Notes: a model not told the origin generated them from the sequence alone. A stretch of DNA of 64,000 nt from an uncultured Alphaproteobacteria bacterium (GCA_963832875.1 CAWHWB010000014.1:992-64991); one strand, 5' to 3'. Positions 28,216 to 38,639 are shown, numbered from the stretch's first letter. Translations and numbers: made by a program.

Positions 28216-29397
28216 GTGTTCTTCTCGTTCTTCAGCGAATTGCGCGCGGCCAAGATCCCGGTCTCGCTGCGCGAATACCTGACCCTGATGGAGGCGATGC
28301 ACGAGCGCGTCGCCGCTTTTGCGATCGAAGATTTCTACGTCGTCGCCCGCACCGCGCTGGTCAAGGACGAGCGCTATTTCGATCGTTTCGACCGGGTCTT
28401 CGGGAAATACTTCAACGGGATCGAGACCCTGGTCGATCCCCAGACCGAACTTCCCGAGGAATGGCTGAGAAGGCTCGCTGAGCGGGTGCTGACCGAGGAG
28501 GAGAAGAAGCTCGTCGAGACGTTGGGCGGCTGGGACCAGCTGATGGAGACCCTGCGCCGGCGGCTGGCCGAGCAGAGGGCGCGGCACCAGGGCGGCGGCA
28601 AATGGATCGGCACCGCCGGCACCTCGCCGTTCGGCGCGTACGGCTACAATCCCGAGGGCGTGCGCATCGGCCAGGAGGAGGGCAAGAACCGCAGCGCCGT
28701 CAAGGTCTGGGACCGGCGCGAGTTCCGCAACCTCGACGACACCGTCGAGCTCGGCACCCGCAACGTCAAGCTGGCGCTGCGCCGGTTGCGCCGGTTCGCA
28801 CGCGAGGGTGCGGCCGACGAGCTCGATCTCGACGGCACCGTCAAATCGACCGCGCACAATGCCGGCTGGCTCGATCTGAAGCTGGTGCCCCAGCGGCACA
28901 ACGCGATCAAATTGTTGCTGTTCGTCGATGTCGGCGGGTCGATGGAGGACCATGTCCGGGTCTGCGAGGAATTGTTCTCGGCCGCGCGCGCCGAGTTCAA
29001 GCACCTGATCCACTTCTACTTCCACAACTGCGTCTACGATTGGGTGTGGCGCGATTCGCGCCGCCGCCATGTCGAGCAGGTGCCGGTCGTCGAGCTGATC
29101 CGCACCTACGACCGGAACTACCGGATCGTATTTGTCGGCGACGCCAGCATGAGCCCCTACGAGATCGAAAAGGAGGGTGGCAGCGTGGAGCGCTGGAACG
29201 ACGAGCCGGGCGAAACCTGGCTGCGCCGCTTGTTCGACGCCTACCCGCGCGCGGTCTGGCTGAACCCGGTGCCGGAGAAATACTGGGGCACCACCGCCAG
29301 CATCGGCATGATCCGCAGCCTCGCCGAAGACCGCATGTTCCCGTTGACGCTCGACGGAATCGACCGCGCGATGCGTCGCCTCCGCCGGAATGAGTGA
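28216..29397 (+). CDS. VWA (CoxE-like) domain-containing protein
   Basis: Homologues of this family typically start like VFFSFFSELRAAKIPVSLREYLTLMEAM. GTG at 28216 lies 11 nt after ggag. The C-terminal half has a VWA-like LLFVDVGGSM...IVFVGDASM pattern. Confidence 0.7.
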   Translation: MFFSFFSELRAAKIPVSLREYLTLMEAMHERVAAFAIEDFYVVARTALVKDERYFDRFDRVFGKYFNGIETLVDPQTELPEEWLRRLAERVLTEEEKKLVETLGGWDQLMETLRRRLAEQRARHQGGGKWIGTAGTSPFGAYGYNPEGVRIGQEEGKNRSAVKVWDRREFRNLDDTVELGTRNVKLALRRLRRFAREGAADELDLDGTVKSTAHNAGWLDLKLVPQRHNAIKLLLFVDVGGSMEDHVRVCEELFSAARAEFKHLIHFYFHNCVYDWVWRDSRRRHVEQVPVVELIRTYDRNYRIVFVGDASMSPYEIEKEGGSVERWNDEPGETWLRRLFDAYPRAVWLNPVPEKYWGTTASIGMIRSLAEDRMFPLTLDGIDRAMRRLRRNE

Positions 29398-29415
29398 TCG
29401 GCGCCTGGCGGACGA

Positions 29416-29760
29416 TCAGGCGGCGTTGGAATTCTGGTCCTTTGGCCGGATGTAGGCGATGGCGGCGTGCTCAGCGCAATAGGGCTTGCCGGGCACCGGG
29501 CGCGCGCCGCAAAAGTGGAAATTCGTATCGTTCGGATGGCCGTACGGCCACAGGCAGCTCGGTCCGGTGAATTCGAAGACGTTACGCCGCGGCGGCGCTT
29601 TGGGCTTGGCTTCGCGCCGGGTCATCGCGTTGCGGTGCAGCCGGCCGATCACGGTGTTTTTGGTCAGCCCCATGCGGCGCCCGATCTCGGCCGTGGGCAA
29701 CCCTTCGGCAAACAATTGGCTCAGCCGCTCGACTCGCTCTGGAGTCCAGGTGATTTCCAT
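29416..29760 (-). CDS. GcrA-family cell cycle regulator-like protein (short form)
   Basis: N-terminal WTPERVERLSQLFAEGLPTAEIGRRMGLTKNTVIGRLHR and C-terminal CLWPYGHPNDTNFHFCGARPVPGKPYCAEHAAIAY. At 114 aa it lacks the long linker of canonical GcrA. Confidence 0.8.
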   Translation of the reverse strand: MEITWTPERVERLSQLFAEGLPTAEIGRRMGLTKNTVIGRLHRNAMTRREAKPKAPPRRNVFEFTGPSCLWPYGHPNDTNFHFCGARPVPGKPYCAEHAAIAYIRPKDQNSNAA

Positions 29761-29885
29761 CGATTCCCCCGTATCCTGTGGATCCCCCGATCCACCCCCA
29801 CAAAATACGGTAGCACCCTAGTGGGCTGAGCGCAATCGATATCTATTAGTGGTGTTTGGTAGAAATTGCTCTCGGGGTTAGGCAA

Positions 29886-30200
29886 CTAATAGTAGAATAT
29901 CGCGAGCCAGACCGTCGGTGCTGCGGGGTCGGTCCACTCGACGCGATGGCGCCGATGCGGGGCAATGTCGAACCAATCGCCGGGGACGAGCCGGCGGGGC
30001 TCGGTTTCGTCCTCGAAACGCAGGTGAGCGGCGCCGGCCAGGAGCAAAACCCATTCGCCCTCGTCCTGGTCGTACCAGAAGCCGGGCGGGCTCGCCTGAC
30101 CCTCAGAGACGATTCGCTCGACGCGCAGGCCGGGGCGGTTGAGCAGCAGGTCTACGGCCTCGGCTGCGCGCGCATCTGGGAGCGCGGCGAAGAGGTTCAC
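29886..30200 (-). CDS. Cupin domain protein
   Basis: GFWYDQDEGEWVLLLAGAAHLRFEDE...VPGDWFDIAPHRRHRVEW. GTG at 30200 overlaps the TGA of the upstream gene (GTGA). Confidence 0.7.
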   Translation of the reverse strand: MNLFAALPDARAAEAVDLLLNRPGLRVERIVSEGQASPPGFWYDQDEGEWVLLLAGAAHLRFEDETEPRRLVPGDWFDIAPHRRHRVEWTDPAAPTVWLAIFYY

Positions 30201-31114
30201 GAGGCTGCCGCGCGCTCCAGTGCGGCGCGATCCCAATGCGCCAAATCGGCGGCGGCCTCATAGGTGCTTTGCAGGAAATCGAGCAAGGTCTCCTCGGGTG
30301 CGGTGGCCTCCCGGACCTCGTGGTAGGGCAGGATGAACTCGCCGAGCTCACGTGAATAGAAGGCGGATTTCGGGCGAATCGGCGCCGCCTTGAAGCCCTC
30401 CGGCTCGGCATAGGCGTAGGAATAAAAGATCGGCTGCTCGAGACCAGCGCCGCCCGGCCAAAAGCCGCAGCTGCTGACTTCGTGCGAGTAGGCCTCGCGG
30501 GTGACCCGGTCCGCGACGTTGGGCGCAGCCGGATGCGGCGGCGCGCGCCGGCCCGAGAACCGCGTCACCGCCAGATCGAAGCTGCCCCAGAAGAAATGCA
30601 CCGGGCTCGCCTTGCCGAGAAAGCGGGCGCGGAACGCAGTGAAGATCCGGTCGGCCTGGACCAGGACCCGCCAGAAGCGGTTGGCGTAGTCCGGGTCGTA
30701 AGCGCCGTGCTGGCGGTCCTGTTCGAACGGAATGGGGTCGGGGATCTCGACCGGCCTGGTCCAGATCCGGATGTCGAGACCGAGCGACTTCAGCCGTTGC
30801 ATGACCTCGCCATAGAAATCGGCGACGGTCGAGGGGCGTAGCCGAATTGTTTCAGTCGCCCCGTTGCTGGTCGCGATCATCAGCTGATGGTCGATGAAAT
30901 CTAAATCGATCTGGAAACTCCACGTGCCGTAAGGGATTGGCGAGGTGGTCAGCCCGCGGCTCGTCACATAAAGCGGCACCTGCCACCAGTGATTGATCAG
31001 CGGCGCCTGCGCCAGCCGGATTTTGCCGATCACCTGGGTCCATAACTGAAGCGTTTCACAGGTGCCACGCCATTCGCTAAAAGGTAGATTCGGCCATTGG
31101 TCAGCGCGGGTCAT
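30197..31114 (-). CDS. DUF5996 family protein
   Basis: [59 protein letters not shown]. The start at 31114 lies 14 nt inside the end of glpK. Confidence 0.7.
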   Translation of the reverse strand: MTRADQWPNLPFSEWRGTCETLQLWTQVIGKIRLAQAPLINHWWQVPLYVTSRGLTTSPIPYGTWSFQIDLDFIDHQLMIATSNGATETIRLRPSTVADFYGEVMQRLKSLGLDIRIWTRPVEIPDPIPFEQDRQHGAYDPDYANRFWRVLVQADRIFTAFRARFLGKASPVHFFWGSFDLAVTRFSGRRAPPHPAAPNVADRVTREAYSHEVSSCGFWPGGAGLEQPIFYSYAYAEPEGFKAAPIRPKSAFYSRELGEFILPYHEVREATAPEETLLDFLQSTYEAAADLAHWDRAALERAAAS

Positions 31115-32621
31115 CGTTTTCACCATCGATCGAAGCGGGTGCAGCGGCGAGCACGCCGGTGACCGCGCGACGCCAGCCGGCATAGCGCTCCTCGCGCTCG
31201 GTTTCGGGCATATGCGGGGCGAAGCGGCGCTCGGGCCGCCAGCGCGCAATTATAGTCTCGGGATCGGGATAAAGCCCGCGCCGCAGCCCGGCGGCGTAGG
31301 CCGCACCCCAGGCGGTGGTTTCGGCCACCCTTGGGCATTCGATTGCGGCAGGCAGGATGTCGGCCAGGAACTGCATCGTCCAGTCGCTGACCGTCATGCC
31401 GCCGTCGACCCGCAAGGCGCTGATCTCGACCCCGGCATCGGCCGTCATCGCGGCCATCAGGTCGCGCGTCTGGTAGCCGACCGCTTCTAGCGCCGCGCGG
31501 GCGATTTCGGCCGGCCCGCATTCCGCCGTCAGCCCGATCAAACCGGCGCGCACCCGTGGCGCCCAATAGGGCGCGCCGAGCCCGGCAAATCCGGGGACCA
31601 AATAGAGGCGCTGCCTCGGGTCGGCGCGTGCCGCCAATGCCGAAGCTTCGGCCGCCGTCGCGACGATCCCGAGCCGGTCGCGCAGCCACTGCACCGCACC
31701 ACCGGCGACAAAGATGCTGCCCTCGAGCGCATAGGCGGTCCGGCCGCCGAGGCGATAGGCGATGGTCGTCAGCAGGCGATGGCCCGAGGGGACGGGTTTG
31801 CCGCCGGTATTGAGCAGCGCAAACGCGCCGGTGCCATAGGTCGATTTGATCATGCCGGGCTCGAAACAACCCTGGCCGATCAGCGCCGCCTGTTGGTCGC
31901 CGGCCATCGCCGCGATCGGGATGGCGGCGCCGGACCATTCCCGCGCCGTCATGCCGAAATCGGCGCCCGTGTCGAGCACTTCGGGCAGGATCGCACGCGG
32001 GATCTGAAAGGCGTCGAGAAGATCGTCATCCCAGGCAAAGCGGCCGATATCGAACAGCATCGTGCGCGCGGCATTGGTCACGTCGGTCGCATGCCGCCGG
32101 CCGCCGGTCAGCCGCCACAACAGGAAGCTGTCGATCGTGCCAAAGGCGATCTCCCCAGCTTCGGCGCGCCGCTTCAGCCCTGGCACCGCATCGAGCAGCC
32201 AGCGGATCTTTGACGCCGAGAAATACGGATCGATGACAAGCCCGGTGCGCCGCGCCACGGTTTCGCCCAGCCCCTCGCGGCGCCAGCGCGCGCACAAATC
32301 GGCGGTGCGCCGGTCCTGCCAGACGATCGCGTTATGGACCGGGCGGCCGGTGGCGCGCTCCCACAGCACCGTGGTCTCACGCTGGTTGGCGATGCCGATC
32401 GCGGCAATCGGGCCGTGGGCGGCTTCGGCAGCTGCACGGCAGGTCGAAACCACGCTTTGCCAGATTTCCTCGGGGTCGTGTCCGACCCAGCCCGGCCGCG
32501 GGAAATATTGGGTCAGCTCGATTTGCGCCGTACGCCGCGCCTGCCCGTCCGCGTCGAACAGGATCGCGCGCGTGCTGGTGGTCCCCTGGTCGATCGCCAG
32601 GACAAAGGGTGATCCCGTCAT
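31101..32621 (-). CDS. glpK: Glycerol kinase
   Basis: [33 protein letters not shown] and KSTYGTGAF. 506 aa. Confidence 0.95.
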   Translation of the reverse strand: MTGSPFVLAIDQGTTSTRAILFDADGQARRTAQIELTQYFPRPGWVGHDPEEIWQSVVSTCRAAAEAAHGPIAAIGIANQRETTVLWERATGRPVHNAIVWQDRRTADLCARWRREGLGETVARRTGLVIDPYFSASKIRWLLDAVPGLKRRAEAGEIAFGTIDSFLLWRLTGGRRHATDVTNAARTMLFDIGRFAWDDDLLDAFQIPRAILPEVLDTGADFGMTAREWSGAAIPIAAMAGDQQAALIGQGCFEPGMIKSTYGTGAFALLNTGGKPVPSGHRLLTTIAYRLGGRTAYALEGSIFVAGGAVQWLRDRLGIVATAAEASALAARADPRQRLYLVPGFAGLGAPYWAPRVRAGLIGLTAECGPAEIARAALEAVGYQTRDLMAAMTADAGVEISALRVDGGMTVSDWTMQFLADILPAAIECPRVAETTAWGAAYAAGLRRGLYPDPETIIARWRPERRFAPHMPETEREERYAGWRRAVTGVLAAAPASIDGENDDPR

Positions 32622-32925
32622 GACCCGGCTCCGGCAGCTGGCGTTCGGCCGCCGATCGATATCATAGCGGGATCATCGGCGTCCTCATAGCCGCAGGCGA
32701 CAGCGAAACCCGAGGTGCAAAAGGTCGGGCAGCCCGTCGAAGCCAAATTAGAACGACTGGTGATCTGCCGAAAATCGATCATCAACGCAGCGTTGAAAAT
32801 AAACCAGATCCGGCGACAGAACGGTTGTTGATGGCTGCAATCACGTCATCTCGTCGATCGCGCCGCTTGGTCGAGACCGCCCCCTGATCGTATCGTTCCG
32901 GTGCGCCCGCGCCGCGAGGTCGTCA

Positions 32926-33909
32926 ATGAAATCGCTCGCCTTCTTCGCCGCTCTGGTCCTGGCCATCGCCGGCGGACCGGCGCGGGGCATCGCTCAATCG
33001 TCGGCGCCGGTCTATCGCGTCGGGCTGCTTTCGGTCGGCGCCGAAGCGACCGATCGGAGCCCGTTCGGCGACGGAATGATCCACGGCTTTGCCCGGCACG
33101 GGTTGATTCTCGGTAAAAACCTCGTGTTTGTAAGGCGCGCAGCGCACGGCGCTCTCGAAATGCTGCCGCAGCTCGTCGATGAGTTGGTCGCGAAGAGGGT
33201 CGCCGTCATCGTGACCTTGGGCTACCCGGCGGCGCTCGCCGCCAAGCAGCACACGACCCTGCCGGTGGTGGTGGTCCGGGCCGGCGACCCGGTCGCCGAT
33301 GGACTGGTCGCCAATTTTGTCCACCCCGGGGGCCACCTGACCGGTCTCTCCGAAGTGGCGGCCGAGCTTTCGAAGAAGCGGCTGGCGCTGCTGAAAGAGG
33401 CGGTCCCGGGCGTGCGCCGCGTGGCGATGCTGTGGAATGCCGAAGATCTCGGGATGTCGCTGCGCTACCAGGCGGCGGACGCCGAGGCCCGCAAGCTGGG
33501 GATAAAGGTCGAGTCTTACGGGGTGCGCGCCCCGGACGATTTCGACACCGCGTTTGCCGCGATGGTGCGCGATCCCCCCGATGCGATCCTGATGGTCACC
33601 GACGTGCTGACGAACCTCAATCGCGAACGCGTTTTCGAGTTCGCGTTGCAGCATAAGCTACCGGCAATCTACGAGTACGCGTTCCTGGTGCGCGACGGCG
33701 GCCTGATGTCGTACGGTCCGGATCTGAGCGAGATGTTCGATCGCGCCGCCGGGCTCGCCGTCCGCATCCTCAAGGGCGCCGATCCGGCGGAGCTGCCGTT
33801 GGAAGAGCCGAGCCGGTTTGTGTTGGCGATCAATCTGAAGACCGCCAAGGCGATCGGCCTGACGATCCCGCCGTCTTTGCTCGCCCGCGCCGAGGACGTG
33901 ATCGAATGA
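32926..33909 (+). CDS. ABC_sub_bind (PF04392-type) periplasmic binding protein, paralogue 1
   Basis: Signal peptide, YRVGLLSVGA, LPQLVDELVAKRV, GYPAALAAKQHTTLPVVVV, LPAIYEYAFLVRDGGLMSYGPD and FVLAINLKTAKAIGLTIPPSLLARAEDVIE. Confidence 0.85.
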   Translation: MKSLAFFAALVLAIAGGPARGIAQSSAPVYRVGLLSVGAEATDRSPFGDGMIHGFARHGLILGKNLVFVRRAAHGALEMLPQLVDELVAKRVAVIVTLGYPAALAAKQHTTLPVVVVRAGDPVADGLVANFVHPGGHLTGLSEVAAELSKKRLALLKEAVPGVRRVAMLWNAEDLGMSLRYQAADAEARKLGIKVESYGVRAPDDFDTAFAAMVRDPPDAILMVTDVLTNLNRERVFEFALQHKLPAIYEYAFLVRDGGLMSYGPDLSEMFDRAAGLAVRILKGADPAELPLEEPSRFVLAINLKTAKAIGLTIPPSLLARAEDVIE

Positions 33910-34099
33910 AAGGTCAGCCGGCAGGCCTCTTTAGGGTCACAGCCCTGCTTTCCGCCGTCAGCACCGCTTCTGCAAGCCCGATCGATGCCAACAGAGGCGC
34001 GGTAACGTCTTTCATCACGACATGTTGTCGAGCGCGCCGCTTGGCGTCGTCCATTTCCGGGCCTTATGGTCACTCGAGCCGCCTCGTCCAGGTTACCGA

Positions 34100-35083
34100 A
34101 TGAAGGTTATCGGGTTCGTCGCTGTCTTTCTCGCGGGGCTGGCGATCGCGGCGGGGGGAGCCGCCGGGCAACCGTCGCCGCGGACCTACCGCGTCGGGCT
34201 CCTCTCCGTCGGTGCGGATCTGACCGATCAGACCCCGTTCGGCGCCGGGCTTATTCGGGGCTTTGCCCGGCAGGGTTTCGTTCTCGGCAAAAACTTGGCG
34301 TTTGAGCGGCGCGCGGCACATGGGCAGCTCGACCGCCTGCCGCAGCTCGTCGACGAACTGGTCGCGAGCAACGTCGCATTGATCGTCACCATGGGTTATC
34401 CGGCGGCGCTCGCCGCCAAGCAGCACACGAGTTTGCCGGTGGTGGTGGTGCAGGCCGGCGATCCGGTCGAGGATGGGCTCGTCGCCAGCTTTGCCAAACC
34501 GGGCGGCCACGTCACCGGCATCTCCGAGATCGCCGCCGAGCTTTCGGCCAAGCGCCTGGCATTGCTGAAGGAGGCGGTGCCCGCGATCCATCGCGTGGCG
34601 ATGCTGTGGAACGCCGACGATCTCGGCATGTCATTGCGCTACAAGGCGGCTGAAGCGCAGGCCCGCGCCTCCGGCATCGAGGTCGAATCGCTCGGCGTGC
34701 GTGCGCCCGACGATTTCGCGACGGCGTTTGCGGCCATGGTCCGGCGGCCGCCGGACGCGATCCTGATGGTCAGCGACGTGCTGACGACCTTGAATCGCAA
34801 AAAGGTCTTCGATTTTGCGGCGGCGCATAAGCTGCCGGCGATCTACGAATACGACTTCCTGGTGCGCGACGGCGGCCTGATGTCGTACGGTCCGGATGTG
34901 AGCGAGATGTACGATAGTGCCGCCGGGCTCGCCGCGCGCATTCTGAAGGGCGCCGATCCGGCGCAGCTGCCGCTCGAAGAACCGAGCCGGTTCGTGCTGG
35001 CGATCAATCTTGGGACCGCCAAGGCAATTGGCCTGGCGATCCCGCCGTCCTTGCTCGCCCGCGCCGACGACGTGATCGAATGA
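34100..35083 (+). CDS. ABC_sub_bind (PF04392-type) periplasmic binding protein, paralogue 2
   Basis: Same length as paralogue 1 (327 aa) and colinear with it, roughly three quarters identical by eye. ATG at 34100. Confidence 0.85.
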   Translation: MKVIGFVAVFLAGLAIAAGGAAGQPSPRTYRVGLLSVGADLTDQTPFGAGLIRGFARQGFVLGKNLAFERRAAHGQLDRLPQLVDELVASNVALIVTMGYPAALAAKQHTSLPVVVVQAGDPVEDGLVASFAKPGGHVTGISEIAAELSAKRLALLKEAVPAIHRVAMLWNADDLGMSLRYKAAEAQARASGIEVESLGVRAPDDFATAFAAMVRRPPDAILMVSDVLTTLNRKKVFDFAAAHKLPAIYEYDFLVRDGGLMSYGPDVSEMYDSAAGLAARILKGADPAQLPLEEPSRFVLAINLGTAKAIGLAIPPSLLARADDVIE

Positions 35084-35099
35084 CAGGAGCGGCCTTTTC

Positions 35100-37181
35100 G
35101 TGCTCGCCAGAGACGGTGTCGCATTCGAGGTGACCGGGGCCGCGGGCGGGCCCGTCCGACGGCGTCTGCGGATCGGGCTCGCGCTCAAGCTGGCTCTCGC
35201 CTTTGTCGGGCTCGTCAGCTTTGTTCTGGTGGTGAACGGCTCGGTCGACATGTGGCTCGGCTACCGCGCAGCCGAACGCGCCGCGGTGCAGATCCAGCAG
35301 GAAAAGGCTCGGGACGCGGCCCGGCGCATCGAGCAGTTTGTGTCGGAAATCGAGCTGCAGATCGGCTGGACCACCCTGCTGCAGTGGGATGCGCTGCCGC
35401 TCGAAGAGCGCCGCTATGACTTCATCCGGCTGATGCGCGAGGAGCCGGCGATCACCGAGCTGACCGAAATCGATGGATCGGGCAGGGAAGAGTTGAAGCT
35501 GTCGCGCATCGCCCCCGATGTCGTGGATAGCGGCGCCAACGATGCCGCCGCCCCTGCCTTCGTGCAAGCGGAGGCAAACGGCGTCTGGTTCAGTCCGGTC
35601 CATTTCCGCAACATGTCCGAACCCTATATGACGATCGCCGTCGCGCATGCCGGGCACCGGGCCGGGGTGACCGTCGCCGAAGTCAACCTCAAATTCATTT
35701 GGGATCTAATCACGGCAATGCAGGTCGGACGGACCGGCTATGCCTATGTGGTCGATTCCCGCGGGCGGCTGATCGCCGATCCCGATCTCAGCCTGGTGCT
35801 GCGCGAGACCGACCTTTCGCACCTTCCGCAGGTCGCCGCGGCATTGGCCAGCCTGCATCGGGGGGCCGCGACGAACGGCACCTATACCGCGAAGGGGCCG
35901 ACCGGCGGCCTGGCGCTGACGGCCTATGCGCCGATCCGGCGGCTTGGTTGGATCGTCTTTGTCGAGCTGCCGCTGCGCGAGGCGCTGGAGCCGGTTTATG
36001 CCTCTCTCTGGCGGATGGCGGCGCTGCTGGGGCTCGGCCTCTTGCTCGCAGCCACCGCCGGCACCTTGCTCGCGCAGCGCATGGTGGTGCCGATCCGTCG
36101 TCTGCAATCGGGCGCCGAACGACTGGGTTCGGGCGAACGCAGCCAGCCGATCGAGATCCGCACCGGCGACGAGATCGAAACTCTCGCCGATCGGTTCAAT
36201 CAGATGGCAGCAAAGGTTCAGGAATCGCACGATACGCTGGAAGCCAAGGTCGAGGCGCGCACCGAGGAGCTGCAGGCGCGCGAGCAGGAAGCCCGGGCCG
36301 CCCGGCTCGCCGCCGAACAGGCGCTTTCTGATTTGCACAAGGCGCAGGACCGCCTGGTCGAGACGCAAAAGCTCGCCTCGCTCGGCCAGCTGACCGCCGG
36401 CATCGCCCACGAAATCAAAAATCCGCTCAATTTCGTCAATAACTTTGCCGAATTGTCGGCGGAACTGACCGACGAGCTATGCGAGGTGCTGGCGGCGAAA
36501 GACGCAGCGTTGCCCGACGCGGCGCGCGCCGAAATCAACGATCTCGCCCGGACGCTCAACGGCAACCTCGCCAAGATCGTCGAGCACGGAAGGCGCGCCG
36601 ACAGCATCGTCAAGAACATGCTGCTGCATTCGCGGGCCGGAGCCGGCGAGCGTCGGCCCGCGGACTTGAACGCCCTTGTCGAAGAAAGCCTGAACCTCGC
36701 CTATCATGGCGCGCGCGCCGAAAACCCTGCCTTCAACGTGAACCTGCGCCGGGATCTCGACCCCTGCGTCGGCGAGGTCGAGCTTTTTCCTCAGGAAATC
36801 ACCCGCGTGCTGCTCAATCTGTTCGGCAATGGGTTCTATGCGGTGCGCGAGCGGCAGCGCAGCGCGCCACAGCCCGGGTTCGAGCCGACGCTCTGGGTCG
36901 CGACGCGGGTTTTGCCCAAGGGGGTCGAGATCCGGGTGCGCGACAACGGCACCGGGATCCCCGACGAGACGAGGGCGAAAATCTTCGACCCGTTCTTTAC
37001 CACCAAGCCCGCGGGTGAAGGGACCGGCCTCGGGCTGTCGTTGAGCTTCGACATCGTCGTCAAGCAGCATGGCGGCAGCTTTGGCGTCGAGAGCGAGCCC
37101 GGTGCCTACACCGAATTCGTCATTGTCCTGCCGGGGGCGATGCGGCCCGTTGCCGAGCCCGGCAAGGGAAGGGAAGCATGA
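35100..37181 (+). CDS. Sensor histidine kinase (TM - Cache-like periplasmic domain - TM - HAMP - coiled coil - HisKA - HATPase)
   Basis: GTG at 35100 after caggag. Has HAMP ([17 protein letters not shown]...[14 protein letters not shown]), H-box [16 protein letters not shown]-box [11 protein letters not shown] and G-boxes DNGTGIP and GTGLGLS. Confidence 0.9.
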   Translation: MLARDGVAFEVTGAAGGPVRRRLRIGLALKLALAFVGLVSFVLVVNGSVDMWLGYRAAERAAVQIQQEKARDAARRIEQFVSEIELQIGWTTLLQWDALPLEERRYDFIRLMREEPAITELTEIDGSGREELKLSRIAPDVVDSGANDAAAPAFVQAEANGVWFSPVHFRNMSEPYMTIAVAHAGHRAGVTVAEVNLKFIWDLITAMQVGRTGYAYVVDSRGRLIADPDLSLVLRETDLSHLPQVAAALASLHRGAATNGTYTAKGPTGGLALTAYAPIRRLGWIVFVELPLREALEPVYASLWRMAALLGLGLLLAATAGTLLAQRMVVPIRRLQSGAERLGSGERSQPIEIRTGDEIETLADRFNQMAAKVQESHDTLEAKVEARTEELQAREQEARAARLAAEQALSDLHKAQDRLVETQKLASLGQLTAGIAHEIKNPLNFVNNFAELSAELTDELCEVLAAKDAALPDAARAEINDLARTLNGNLAKIVEHGRRADSIVKNMLLHSRAGAGERRPADLNALVEESLNLAYHGARAENPAFNVNLRRDLDPCVGEVELFPQEITRVLLNLFGNGFYAVRERQRSAPQPGFEPTLWVATRVLPKGVEIRVRDNGTGIPDETRAKIFDPFFTTKPAGEGTGLGLSLSFDIVVKQHGGSFGVESEPGAYTEFVIVLPGAMRPVAEPGKGREA

Positions 37182-37226
37182 CCGCGACGATCCTCGTGGT
37201 CGACGACGAGCCGGATCTGGAGTCTC

Positions 37227-38429
37227 TTGGTCCAGCAGCGGTTCCGCCGCCAAATCCGCGGCGGCGAACTCGGCTTTCGCTTTGCCCGAGACGGTGTCCA
37301 GGCGCTTGAAATGCTGAACAACGGGGCCGCCATCGACATGGTGCTGAGCGACATCAACATGCCGCGAATGGACGGCCTGACCCTATTGCAAAAGATCCAG
37401 GAAAGCGCCGATCCGCTGTCGACGATCATCGTCTCGGCCTATGGCGACATGGCCAACATCCGCACCGCGATGAACCGCGGAGCGTTCGATTTCGTGACCA
37501 AGCCGATCGATTTCGCCGACCTCGAAACCACGATCAAAAAGACCCTCGCGCATATCGAGCGGCTGCGCGAGGCGCGCCGGCGGCAGATCGCGGCGGAGCG
37601 CGCGCACGCGATGTTGTCGCGCTATTTCTCTCCCAACCTGGCCGAGCGGCTGGCAAACGATCCCGATGCGGTCGATCTCGGCGGGCAGCGGCGTGAGATC
37701 ACCTCTTTGTTCACCGACATCGCCGAATTCACTTCGCTGGTCGAAACCCTCGACCCCGAGATCATCGCCCCCTTGTTGAACGACTATCTGGGGGCGATGA
37801 CCGACATCGTCTTTGCCCATGGCGGGACCGTGCTGAAGCTCGTCGGCGACGCCATGCACGTGCTGTTCGGGGCGCCGGCCGACCAGCCCGACCATGCCGA
37901 GCGCGCGGTCGCCTGCGCGCTCGAACTCGATCTGAGCGCACAAGCCTTTCGCGCGCGCTGGCGGCAGCGCGGGCTGGCACTCGGCGTGACCCGGCTCGGG
38001 CTCGCTGCCGGACCGGCCATCGTCGGCAATTTCGGCGGCGCGCGCTATTTCGACTACACGGCCTATGGCGACACGATCAACGCCTCGGCCCGGCTCGAAG
38101 TTGCGAACAAGCAGTTCGGCACCCGCATCTGCGTCGGCGAGAGCGTCGCGAGCCGTGTCGCCGGGTTCAAGGGGAGACCGGTCGGCGAACTCGTGCTGCG
38201 CGGCCGCAAGGAGCCGCTGCGCGCGTTCGAGCCGCTCTCGGCCGAAGCTTTCGACGACGCGGCGACCCGCGCCTATCTCGATGCCTTCGCCAGGCTTGAA
38301 GCCGAAGATCCGGCGGCGATGCCGGCCTTTGCCGCACTGCTCGGGCTGCGCAGCGAGGACCAGCTGGTCGGCTTTCATCTGCGGCGCCTGTTGAGCGGCG
38401 CCACCGGCTCGCGCATCCCCCTCGACTAA
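37227..38429 (+). CDS. Response regulator receiver + class III adenylate/guanylate cyclase, with a frame-broken N-terminus (ancestral start 37178)
   Basis: ATG at 37178 overlaps the kinase stop (ATGA) and encodes [17 protein letters not shown]. One extra g at 37229/37230 then shifts the frame. The rest ([12 protein letters not shown]...[12 protein letters not shown]...; cyclase block [10 protein letters not shown]...GDAM...[12 protein letters not shown]) is only open from TTG 37227. Confidence 0.8.
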   Translation: MVQQRFRRQIRGGELGFRFARDGVQALEMLNNGAAIDMVLSDINMPRMDGLTLLQKIQESADPLSTIIVSAYGDMANIRTAMNRGAFDFVTKPIDFADLETTIKKTLAHIERLREARRRQIAAERAHAMLSRYFSPNLAERLANDPDAVDLGGQRREITSLFTDIAEFTSLVETLDPEIIAPLLNDYLGAMTDIVFAHGGTVLKLVGDAMHVLFGAPADQPDHAERAVACALELDLSAQAFRARWRQRGLALGVTRLGLAAGPAIVGNFGGARYFDYTAYGDTINASARLEVANKQFGTRICVGESVASRVAGFKGRPVGELVLRGRKEPLRAFEPLSAEAFDDAATRAYLDAFARLEAEDPAAMPAFAALLGLRSEDQLVGFHLRRLLSGATGSRIPLD

Positions 38430-38488
38430 GTCATGCGCCCAGACTTCGCTGGCCCCATACACGGCCTAAGCGAGGCTCCACTGGGTTT

Positions 38489-38516
38489 CCCCTCTCTCCC
38501 GGCCGGCGGGGGAGCG
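38489..38516. repeat. REP-like element, copy 3
   Basis: cccctctctcccggccggcgggggagcg shares the cccctc..ccg / cgggggag hairpin arms with copy 1. It also lies between convergent genes. Confidence 0.4.
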
Positions 38517-38639
38517 CGTGAAAGCGGGTGCGGCGGCGAGGTACAAGAACCGCGCGAGCCATTGGCGGGAGGAACGGCTGATATTTTCTTAGCCAGCGAT
38601 CGAGCATTTTGGGGCGGAGCGCAGAAATCGAGACGTCTC

